DNA of 64,000 nucleotides from a virus: IMG/VR virus record IMGVR_UViG_3300044638_004427, positions 5,417 to 69,416 of that record; one strand, 5' to 3'. Shown piece by piece: positions 55,987 to 64,000 of this stretch (position 1 is its first letter; each line of letters starts with the position of its first letter). The notes under the pieces were generated by a model. It saw only the letters and a program-made list of their open reading frames with translations, ran no database searches and was not told where the DNA came from. The position numbers and the translations under genes were made by a program.

Positions 55987-57402
55987 TTAAATAATAAAGA
56001 AGTTTGTTCCATTGCTTGTAATTGTAAATGAATCATATTGAGCAGCTAATGATTTAGATACTACACCATCAATTGTACCGCTTGGAGCGCTTATTGTAAT
56101 ACTTCCTGGAGCAGCGTCAACCTTTTTAATGTTAAATATTTTACCTGCAGTTGGCGCTGGTAATGTCACTGTAATTCCACCAGCACCACCTGTTGCAAGA
56201 ACAATGCTATTGCCATTTGTTAGAGGTGTATTAGAAGAAACACTGACAACATTAGCGTAAACGTATGGATCGACTTCTGATGTAATTTTTACAGCAGTTG
56301 ATCCACCGGCACCATTAATAACCATTCTGTCAGATGCAGAAGCCGTTCCGACAGGAACAACCCATTGTCCAGCATTACTAGGTGCTGTTTGTGTATATGC
56401 ACCTGGAGTTAGAGCATCAACGAAAACAGCTTGACCGATGGTGAAACTTGCACCTGAAATTGTTACTTCTCCACCAACTTGTACGCGAGAAGTATCAAGA
56501 GCAATACCAATGAAATCAATTTTATTATCATCACCAGCGTCAATTAATTGAGCGTTTCCTGAAGAATCTAGATAAACTGGTTTACCCGCTGCAACACCAA
56601 CTCCAGCACCAACGACGTTAATAGTAGAAGATCCGCTACCGGAGCCACCGACAACATACCATCTAGCGTCTGTAGAATTATAGATTAAGAAAAGAGATGC
56701 TCCATTCTCTAGTGAAACAGCACCACCTGTTCCTGTAACAACCCTATCAACAGCGGTTGCAGAACCGGATTGATTTTGAACTATTACACTAGCGCCCGTT
56801 AGATTAGAAAGAACAAGATGTTGTCCATTTAATCCTGCTGCAATACCATTAATTGTTCCAGAACCACTGTTTAAACGAACAAAAGATTTTGTTGTAGTTA
56901 TGGTAGAAGAAACAGCAAGACTCTCCATCTCAGTGCGGAGGAATCCTGAAGTAACAGCGTTTGCAACAGTACCAACAGTAGTAACCCCTGTATTACTAAT
57001 TGTAACTTCACCTGAAACGGTGGTCGCTGTCGGGATACTAGAAGCGTTGCCTAATAAAATTTGTGCAGAAGAAAGAGTGACATCGGTAAGAGCACCAGAT
57101 GGATTGTTAACAACAACAGAATTAACAGTACCAGAAGCTAATTTGCTTCTTGCAATATTTGCTCCTACTTTAATATCACCATCTTCAATGTTTGAAAGAG
57201 TGTTTAAATCAGCATCAATTGTTTTGTTTGTAAGGGAAGCTGAATGAGCTTCTGTTACAACTGGAGAAGCACTTGTTCCATTGTGGTAGTTTAACTTACC
57301 GGAGCCAGATACAACGTCAAGATCACCTTTTTCGCTTGCTGTTGAAGCAGCTTTAGGTACGATCCTCAATCCTTCAATAAATTTACGAAAATTTAGTGCC
57401 AT
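55987..57402 (-). CDS. Tail fibre-like structural protein
   Basis: Gly/Ser/Thr-rich beta protein; LTNKTI; C-terminal TVTLP...GK.F.IK domain. Confidence 0.6.
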   Translation of the reverse strand: MALNFRKFIEGLRIVPKAASTASEKGDLDVVSGSGKLNYHNGTSASPVVTEAHSASLTNKTIDADLNTLSNIEDGDIKVGANIARSKLASGTVNSVVVNNPSGALTDVTLSSAQILLGNASSIPTATTVSGEVTISNTGVTTVGTVANAVTSGFLRTEMESLAVSSTITTTKSFVRLNSGSGTINGIAAGLNGQHLVLSNLTGASVIVQNQSGSATAVDRVVTGTGGAVSLENGASLFLIYNSTDARWYVVGGSGSGSSTINVVGAGVGVAAGKPVYLDSSGNAQLIDAGDDNKIDFIGIALDTSRVQVGGEVTISGASFTIGQAVFVDALTPGAYTQTAPSNAGQWVVPVGTASASDRMVINGAGGSTAVKITSEVDPYVYANVVSVSSNTPLTNGNSIVLATGGAGGITVTLPAPTAGKIFNIKKVDAAPGSITISAPSGTIDGVVSKSLAAQYDSFTITSNGTNFFII

Positions 57403-57411
57403 GTAAGCCTC

Positions 57412-57888
57412 TTAACTTTGCTGTAAGGTTTGAGCGGAGAAGCTAACCTTACCTGAACTATATCCAGCTAATGTCGGGGTTGTGATTTGAACTTGACCTG
57501 TCGAAGTTATATTAAACGTACAATCAGCATCGCCAACATAATCTCGTGTTAATGTCCAAGCCGATCCATCATAAACTACTGTAATATTACCTGCTTCACT
57601 TAAAGTGGTTGTAATTAGACCAACTGTTCCAATCCTAACAACAGCATATTTAATATAACCAGCGCGAACAGCAGAAGTTGGAAAGTTTAAATCTGTAATA
57701 TCTAAATTAGTGTTAACGTTGCTAACTAAGTTGAATACTTGAGGGGCAATGTCGTATGGCCCAACAGCAGATAAAAGAGCCTGTTCAGTGGCTTGGGCAA
57801 ATTCAATAACTGCCGGAGCCCAATTAGGAGACTCTCCAGAGGAGGGAAATTCAATGGGCGTGCCCTGAATGGTAATTGTTACACTCAT
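57412..57888 (-). CDS. Structural protein sharing a domain with the C-terminus of 46024-49389
   Basis: W.L.RDYVGD....F.I.S.GQVQ motif is present in both proteins. Confidence 0.6.
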   Translation of the reverse strand: MSVTITIQGTPIEFPSSGESPNWAPAVIEFAQATEQALLSAVGPYDIAPQVFNLVSNVNTNLDITDLNFPTSAVRAGYIKYAVVRIGTVGLITTTLSEAGNITVVYDGSAWTLTRDYVGDADCTFNITSTGQVQITTPTLAGYSSGKVSFSAQTLQQS

Positions 57889-57894
57889 ACTTTT

Positions 57895-57905
57895 ATAGTT
57901 GTTAA
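57895..57905 (-). promoter_or_regulatory. Putative late-promoter motif TTAACAACTAT
   Basis: Exact copy upstream of the ATG at 57888. Confidence 0.6.
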
Positions 57906-57920
57906 ATACTCAAAATTATA

Positions 57921-59345
57921 TTATTTTTTATATATTAATCGTAATTTACCACAATCATATACTCTATATAAACCATCTTTTAAAGAATGCTGGTGTTCTG
58001 TCATTTCAGTAGGAGTATTCACCAGCGACTTTTGCCTTGATTGCTTAGATACGATCTTTGTGTTTTTAGAATTGTAATAAAAATAATCAGGAGGTAATGT
58101 CCCGCTTAAAATCCAACCATTCTTAAACCAGGAAGACCCATTAGACCATCGTAAATCTACCCAAGTGATTAGTTCGTTATACTTAATACAGGCATATTTG
58201 GTTAGTTTTGTAACTCCCCCAGAAACAGTATAGTTTTCTTTTGTGCAATACCTACTAAGAACATATTCTTTATTTTTTCTATGGTGCTTACCAATAGTAA
58301 TTATAGAAATTAATTCGTCATTAAAATATAAACCAAATGCTTCTATAAATGAGCAAGCCCCTAAAATGTGATATTCATTTAAAAATTGTTTAGCTTCTTT
58401 TTTGTCTACTTGTTTTATAATGCATTTTCTTGCGTGAATACGTAATTCATTTTTACCTAACTTAGATCTTAAAAATGATTTTACCTGCTTATTTCTATCA
58501 CGCCATTCGTAATCGAATATGTGAATTAAATCCAATCCAGCTTCTTTTGCTATGTTTGTTTTATCAAGATGATAACGGGGATACATCTTTTTATTATATT
58601 CCGAATGCCAAAAAGAACCATTATATTCAATGGCTATATTCTTATCTTTAATTTTTAAATCAAGTTGTTTAGGATTACTTCCACCAATAAATGAAGACTC
58701 TGCTACAATTCCAATAGATTCTAACCATTTTTTTATTTCCAATTCACCCTGAGAAATAAACAAATTTCCATTTTGTAATAAAGTATTTAAGTATTTTTCT
58801 TTTGTTTCAGGTAATGAAGCTGGATTTTCTACTCCATATTTTTTTAAATTTGATTGTTTTAAATTTGCTTTAATTTTTTCAGAAAACATGGGATTAGAAA
58901 CACCATGATTTGCAATCGTAGTTAAAATTTGTTTTTCTCTTATTTCCAAACTATGCATAGGGGATTCAACCCCGTAGTTACATTTTAATGTATTCTTTGA
59001 TTTATCTAAAAGCTCTTTGTTTTGTAGTGCGTGTTCTACCCCATATTTTTTTTTCATTGTGGAGTGTGCTTTTTTACGTATTTGTGCAGATTCACTTACA
59101 TTAGCAACTCCATATTTAGTTAAATTCGTAGTTTCTCTGCGTTTTTTAACGGCATCGGGATGTGTACTAGCGTTAGCCTGTTGAATTGCTTTAAAAGAAG
59201 ATACAAATTCACCGAATTCTTCATCAATAAATGTTAATTTGGTATCTTTGTTATATATTGTTTGGGTTGTTTTAAGTTTTACACCATTCGGCGTCCAATA
59301 CTTATCCTCGTTCCTTTTTTGAATTATCCCTTTAGGTCTCGCCAT
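57921..59345 (-). CDS. Putative homing endonuclease (KYGV repeats plus PD-(D/E)XK/Vsr-like domain)
   Basis: T...KYGV.N repeats; S.GE.EI, LD, AIEYNGSFWH, LIHIFDYEW, VYDCG motifs. Confidence 0.75.
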   Translation of the reverse strand: MARPKGIIQKRNEDKYWTPNGVKLKTTQTIYNKDTKLTFIDEEFGEFVSSFKAIQQANASTHPDAVKKRRETTNLTKYGVANVSESAQIRKKAHSTMKKKYGVEHALQNKELLDKSKNTLKCNYGVESPMHSLEIREKQILTTIANHGVSNPMFSEKIKANLKQSNLKKYGVENPASLPETKEKYLNTLLQNGNLFISQGELEIKKWLESIGIVAESSFIGGSNPKQLDLKIKDKNIAIEYNGSFWHSEYNKKMYPRYHLDKTNIAKEAGLDLIHIFDYEWRDRNKQVKSFLRSKLGKNELRIHARKCIIKQVDKKEAKQFLNEYHILGACSFIEAFGLYFNDELISIITIGKHHRKNKEYVLSRYCTKENYTVSGGVTKLTKYACIKYNELITWVDLRWSNGSSWFKNGWILSGTLPPDYFYYNSKNTKIVSKQSRQKSLVNTPTEMTEHQHSLKDGLYRVYDCGKLRLIYKK

Positions 59346-59351
59346 AATTTT

Positions 59352-59380
59352 ATTGTACAAAAAGTAAGCAGTATTTTCAA
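59352..59380 (-). promoter_or_regulatory. Sigma70-type promoter for the endonuclease gene
   Basis: TTGAAA-17 nt-TACAAT downstream of the capsid terminator. Confidence 0.6.
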
Positions 59381-59396
59381 GATTAAGAAAGAAAAT

Positions 59397-59434
59397 AAAA
59401 AAAAGAAGGAGGATACAATTAAGTATCCCCCTTC
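59397..59434 (-). terminator. Rho-independent terminator after the capsid gene
   Basis: GAAGGGGGATAC-loop-GTATCCTCCTTC plus T run on the - strand. Confidence 0.85.
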
Positions 59435-59448
59435 CCCAATGTTACTGA

Positions 59449-62128
59449 TTATGAATTAACAATACCAGTAATGATTGTATTGCGACCGGGAGCTTGGCAG
59501 AACAAAGCTTGGTCGGTATAGAGGCGGAGCTCGTAAGCTGCGCTGTTTTCGAGATCGCGGAAGAACTCTTCACCTTGACCAGGGCGTTTGAAGGTGATGT
59601 CGGTAGAACCAACACGCATCCAGTCTTCTACGTTAAGGAGATAAGCATATCCCTGTTTAACATAGAGTGAAGGCTCAATTTCAATTTCGCCGTTCTGTGA
59701 ATGGAACTTGAGAGACTTAGCTCCGTTTTCCATTTTAGCAGGACTGTAGCTCTGATCATACTTGCGTAGAGCAGCTTGATCGGTGAGCATGTTCTGCCAG
59801 CTACGGACGTTAACTAGAGCAAGAAGTGTACCTTCCTGACCTTTTTCAACAGCACGGGTTGCAGCCTGTCCGAGTTTGGTGAAAGATAGAGCAGCTGAAG
59901 CTGCGCTATAACTGTTACCACGGAATAGGTTGTAGGTTCCAACGTCGATGTTGAAAAGTGTACCCGAAGAAACGGTTAGAATCTTGTGGATTCCAGCGAA
60001 TTCGTTTCCATAAGCACCTTTGTGCCAAATAACATCGCCAGAAGCGATGAGAGCAGCAACAGAAGAGTCACAGGTGACAGTTTGAGCAGACATGTCTACT
60101 GAAAGAACCTTAACAGATGCTTTTAAAGCACCTGATGAAGGATCACGAATTTCAATAGGCATTCCTTCTGCCCCTGCCCAGATACCGGGTGCCCATTCAG
60201 CGGTTTCAATGGTGATGACTGCGCCAAGTGCGGAGTCAACAACAGCATAACCAACTTGACCATAGAGCATTTCGATTTCAAGCTTCTTAGCCATAGAGCG
60301 AAGCATGTTTGCCACTAGGAATTTAGTAGCATCCATGAAAGCTTTTTGACCACCGAGAGCAGCACGAGAAGCAGCGACATAGCCAAGGAGTGAACGGAGA
60401 ACGGCTGGAGAGCCTTTCACCTGAGCATCTTTGACTTGTCCTGCGACTGGAGCTTGAAGATTGAAAGCATCTTCATCTGAACCAGCGAAAGTAACCTTGT
60501 GTTATCGTAAGGGCTCTTTATCCCCTACTTCTTATAGTTTCCTATAAGGTCAGACTATCTTTTCAACCTCTGTAATTGAGGTTGTTGGTGACTCGTGGGA
60601 TTATTTTATTCCGCTAAAGCGGGTTCAAATCCTAGTCGTTGCGCGTGTTCAGAGGTATTACCCTTAGAACTTCCGCTCTGATTAGCATGGAGAATTAATT
60701 CTCTGTAGCTTTCCAAGTTTTTTCACCAATTTATACACGGCATTACTGTTTACCGTGTTCTAATCCGAGGATAATCATTTTGTTACTCTTGTATTTTTAC
60801 AAGGGAAGAACCTCTTCGGATTCTTCTCTGCAACTTTATGTATACTTGCAGTTCAGACTATTGCATCTGTTTTTAAAAACAGCCAAATCGCTTAGTCGTT
60901 CACGGTCCAAAAAAAAATTTTAAGGTTCCGCCTCGTTGCCCTAAAATTGGATTATTTTTTTAGGGTTTCCGAGTCAATCAGATTCGGTTTAGACAGCCCC
61001 ATTATATTAAGGCTGGTGATATAAATTTCCAGGTTGTTTCAAATATGTTATCGTTGAGCTTTTTATCTCAACTTCTAGCGGTTCTATTCCTCGCTAGTTC
61101 GGCGTACATTTTCAACCACTTGGGTTGTCGGGCTCTCTTGGGAATATTTTATTCTGTAGAATTCTTGTCTAAATTCAGATTCAACTACTCTAAATTTATG
61201 TTTCATTGAAGGAATATGAATAATCTTATGTCTAACCTTCATCCAAATTCTATAACTATCACCAACTGTAAATTTTAAAAGAAGCCATTCTTTATTTCTT
61301 TTATTATTACGTTGTTTAGTTATATATGGCGTGACATTAAAATTAATTTTAAACCATTCAATAACCATGTTTAAAGTTTCTTCTGTTTCAGAACAAGTTG
61401 CAATTAGGACTCTAGGACTCAAATATCCGTTGTTTTTTGTTGAATAATGAATACAACCATCATCCATTAACCAATAAGCTAATGCTGTTGTTGCATCTGT
61501 AACATCTTCAAGTATTTTCACTATAGATTTTTTTCCGTTTGGATAATATCTATTTCTCCATTCAGAAAATAATTTTTCATGCAAATACAAACAATGAATA
61601 TTTCGCTTACTTCTATAATAAACGCTTACATGTTTATTATATTCTTTTCTAAGAATATCAGCAATATGATCTAAATAATCTAATTGCTCTGGGCAGTGAT
61701 CAACCCTAAATGAAGGTTTATTTTCTGCTCCAAGATAAGCATCGCCTAATAAAGTACCTAATAGCACATTTTTTGACATATAACTCCATGTCTTATTTTA
61801 TTTTTTTAGTCACCAATCTTACTACATTGGTGTAACTTCTACAGGGTCAATTCCTACGCTCTACGGTGGCAAAACTTTTTTAATTTTTTTGCTTACCTCG
61901 GAATAGTCATTTCAGACGTCTTCCGATATAGCCCAATGTTTATCTATACGTTACCGTATAGAGGGACAAACGGTCAAGTTAATCCTTGCTCATGAACTTA
62001 ATTTTATTTAGCAATTTAACCCCATCTGGGATTAGCTCTGCTAAACGATCTGCATATGTTTCTTTGAAAAACCCGTTTAGGGTTCCAACGGTATTGTTTG
62101 GAGTACCGTAAGTATTTGCACTTGCCAT
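59449..62128 (-). CDS. Major capsid protein, spliced from four exons: 62128-61982, 61039-61010, 60775-60752, 60495-59449 (415 aa)
   Basis: Joined frame is open: MASANT...KFMSKD|KQPGNLYHQP|IILGLEHG|VTFAGSDEDAF...; lies downstream of the scaffold gene and before a strong terminator; highly expressed-type codon use. Confidence 0.85.
60496..60751 (-). ncRNA. Group I intron 3 of the capsid gene (256 nt, no ORF)
   Basis: P1 CACGGU/GCCGUG with U.G pair; P10 AGUAAU/GUUACU; P3 UUGGUGA/UCACCAA; P7 GACUA/UAGUC; terminal G. Confidence 0.9.
60776..61009 (-). ncRNA. Group I intron 2 of the capsid gene (234 nt, no ORF)
   Basis: P1 CAGCCU/GGGCUG; P10 AUAAU/AUUAU; P3 CCGAAUC/GAUUUGG; P7 GACUA/UAGUC; terminal G. 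Confidence 0.9.
61040..61981 (-). mobile_element. Group I intron 1 of the capsid gene (942 nt) carrying a LAGLIDADG homing endonuclease
   Basis: P1 GGAU/GUCC; P10 GUUU/AAAC; P3 UUGGGCU/AGCCCGA; P7 GCGUA/UACGC; terminal G. Confidence 0.88.
61084..61779 (-). CDS. Intron-encoded LAGLIDADG homing endonuclease (two motifs)
   Basis: LLGTLLGDAYL and LAYWLMDDG motifs; GGAG RBS. Confidence 0.9.
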   Translation of the reverse strand: MSKNVLLGTLLGDAYLGAENKPSFRVDHCPEQLDYLDHIADILRKEYNKHVSVYYRSKRNIHCLYLHEKLFSEWRNRYYPNGKKSIVKILEDVTDATTALAYWLMDDGCIHYSTKNNGYLSPRVLIATCSETEETLNMVIEWFKINFNVTPYITKQRNNKRNKEWLLLKFTVGDSYRIWMKVRHKIIHIPSMKHKFRVVESEFRQEFYRIKYSQESPTTQVVENVRRTSEE

Positions 62129-62151
62129 ATACTATATTTCCTTTCTATAAG

Positions 62152-62466
62152 TTATTCTTTTACAACGTAACGGACGATAAGAGCGTCTTCATCGGCCATT
62201 GCATTTGAAAGAGCAGCGGTGATGCTTGAACCTGAAACAGTAATTCCAGAAGAAGCAACAAGAGATAGACCAATGCTGTCATCACAATGGATAACAACAG
62301 GTTTTGCCTCACCTGCTACTGAGCCTTCAACAGCTTCACCTACGTTAACAGTTACGTTGAGTCCTGAAACGGAAACAACGGGGTCTTTTTTACGAACGAC
62401 AAGTTCTTGCACTTTTAATGCAATTGAGAGAACTTTGTCATCTTTTGACTGATAAGAAATTGACAT
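62152..62466 (-). CDS. Hypothetical head-region protein
   Basis: Lies between scaffold and capsid genes; beta-rich. Confidence 0.6.
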   Translation of the reverse strand: MSISYQSKDDKVLSIALKVQELVVRKKDPVVSVSGLNVTVNVGEAVEGSVAGEAKPVVIHCDDSIGLSLVASSGITVSGSSITAALSNAMADEDALIVRYVVKE

Positions 62467-62579
62467 AATATTTCCTATATTAATTGTTAATAGTTAATTG
62501 CCTTGTAATCGCCTTGGATATTTCCACTCAGTATATCTGGTTATGGAAAGTCGTAGTTGACTACCCTATAAAACAAGCA

Positions 62580-63506
62580 TTAAACTCCGAAAAAGTCCTT
62601 ATAAGACATTTTCTTTTCAGGTTCTTTTACAGAAGTTTTACCGCCCGTGTCCTTTACCGCCTTAGCCGAAGAAACAACAACTGCTTCTTTAGCCTTGGCA
62701 AGATTCTTTTTACGAAAATTAGCTAAACGCTGCTTTCCTAAAAACTGTTCTAATGCCTCATCTGGCATAGCATTGATGAGGGTTTGAATATCTTTTTCAA
62801 GTTCTTGTTTTACAAGAGGAATAACATCATCAGCAGAAACATCATATCCTTCCTGTAAAGCAACAAGCATATAATCAGCAATCTTCTTAACCACATAAGG
62901 TTCTTTTGGAAGATTGGATTTTTCTAATGCCATAGTCATTTGTTGATCATATTTTTCATATGCTTGTTCTTGTAAACGTTCAAATTCTTTTTGTTCAAAG
63001 CTTTGTTTTTCACGTTCACGTTCTTCTTTAAGAGCCTTTAGTTCTTCTTCAATACGCTCTTTTTCAAGTTGTTCAGGTGATTTTTGAGAATTTTCAATTT
63101 CTTGTTCAATGATTTGTCTTGCTAATTCACGCTCATCAATGTTAAGTTCTTTAAGTAGCTTGCGAGGATTTTTAGATCCTTCGGTAATTAGCTGGCGGAT
63201 TTCCTTTTCAAGCTGGGCATACTCTTGAGCACGTTTTGTACCCATTCGAGCCATTTGGAGTTGGCGCTTCATGTACTCTACAGCTTCAGGATCATCGGGA
63301 ATTTCAAAGGGAAGATCTTCTTCGATTTCTCGTCCATCTACTTTTAGACGGAGAGAGCGAAGTCGGGCTGCTTCTTTAGCAGCGGCTTTGACTTCAGCGG
63401 GAGATCCTTCTTGTGATTGTTGTACTTCTTGTCCTTCAATAGCAGATGATTCAGCTGATTCAAAAGACGATTCGGGGACAGCAGACTGTGCAGCATTATT
63501 TTCCAT
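62580..63506 (-). CDS. Putative capsid scaffolding protein
   Basis: Acidic, helical; LKVDG.E.E motif; basic C-terminal tail; upstream of the capsid gene. Confidence 0.7.
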   Translation of the reverse strand: MENNAAQSAVPESSFESAESSAIEGQEVQQSQEGSPAEVKAAAKEAARLRSLRLKVDGREIEEDLPFEIPDDPEAVEYMKRQLQMARMGTKRAQEYAQLEKEIRQLITEGSKNPRKLLKELNIDERELARQIIEQEIENSQKSPEQLEKERIEEELKALKEEREREKQSFEQKEFERLQEQAYEKYDQQMTMALEKSNLPKEPYVVKKIADYMLVALQEGYDVSADDVIPLVKQELEKDIQTLINAMPDEALEQFLGKQRLANFRKKNLAKAKEAVVVSSAKAVKDTGGKTSVKEPEKKMSYKDFFGV

Positions 63507-63576
63507 ATTATAATATCCTTTTTACGCCCTTACGGGTAGTTTAAAGTGAACCGCTCAACATGAGTAGGTTTCTATT

Positions 63577-63587
63577 ATAGTTGTTAA
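63577..63587 (-). promoter_or_regulatory. Putative late-promoter motif TTAACAACTAT
   Basis: Exact copy about 70 nt upstream of the scaffold ATG. Confidence 0.6.
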
Positions 63588-63589
63588 TA

Positions 63590-63697
63590 TTATTTATCTT
63601 TCTTAATATGCTTTTTAATCTTACTAAACCGCTTTTTATCAGAGTAAGATTCTTTATATAATGGCTTCGTTGATTCGTAAGTATTAGAAGATGGCAT
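63590..63697 (-). CDS. Possible 35-aa basic peptide
   Basis: MPSSNTYESTKPLYKESYSDKKRFSKIKKHIKKDK fills the gap between genes. Confidence 0.35.
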   Translation of the reverse strand: MPSSNTYESTKPLYKESYSDKKRFSKIKKHIKKDK

Positions 63698-63701
63698 TAT
63701 A

Positions 63702-63998
63702 TTATTTTCTCTTTTTTAAAACAACATCTCTTGGGAGATAAGATTCTGTTTCTTCATCATATAAATGTGTTTGTCTCAATTCTTCTTGTGCTTCTTGTGG
63801 AAGATTAGTAAATTCATCAAATCCAATACCTTGTTTTTGAGGTTGGATAACTGATGCTGGTGCCCTACTTGTTTGATTTTCAGAAACAGGTTCTTGTACA
63901 ATAGCTGCCCTTTTTGTTTTAACTTCTGATGGAAGTAATTTATTTTTAGCAGTTTCTAATGCTCCTCTAAGACCGCCAAACTTAGAAGAACTACTAGC
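63702..63998 (-). CDS. Hypothetical protein, 5' end outside the window
   Basis: Frame is open to the window edge (ASSSKFGGLRG...VLKKRK*). Confidence 0.55.
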   Translation of the reverse strand, partial: ASSSSKFGGLRGALETAKNKLLPSEVKTKRAAIVQEPVSENQTSRAPASVIQPQKQGIGFDEFTNLPQEAQEELRQTHLYDEETESYLPRDVVLKKRK

Positions 63999-64000
63999 AA

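Noticed and set aside
59449-60420. 323-aa ORF as the complete capsid gene
   Set aside because: The frame extends to 60495 without a good start; it is exon 4 of a spliced gene.
60618-60635. GGGTTCAAATCC resembling a tRNA T arm on the + strand
   Set aside because: No acceptor stem or D arm; it is the antisense of intron 3.

Overview
A 64-kb AT-rich segment of a lytic dsDNA tailed phage with a podovirus-like virion module; the host cannot be determined from the sequence. The + strand (1-30.7 kb) carries early and replication genes: an amidoligase plus class II glutamine amidotransferase pair, lytic transglycosylase, pyrimidine-dimer glycosylase, class II ribonucleotide reductase, PD-(D/E)XK exonuclease, Rad52/Sak-like annealase, primase-helicase, family B DNA polymerase, deaminase, GuaB/GuaC-like enzyme, two AAA ATPases, metallophosphoesterase, dUTPase and a ClpP-like protease. 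The - strand (30.6-64 kb) carries virion genes (ejection proteins, tail nozzle and adaptor, tail fibres, major capsid, scaffold) interspersed with homing-type endonucleases. Two features are missed by the ORF track. (1) The major capsid gene is split by three group I introns, with 30-nt and 24-nt micro-exons; hand splicing restores a 415-aa open frame. (2) An HNH endonuclease ORF sits inside a tRNA(Asn-like) shell whose acceptor stem, T arm and CCA are perfect but whose central 13 nt are replaced. There is also a candidate structured RNA upstream of the primase-helicase and an 11-bp motif repeated before late genes. All protein assignments come from motif recognition by eye; no database searches were run.
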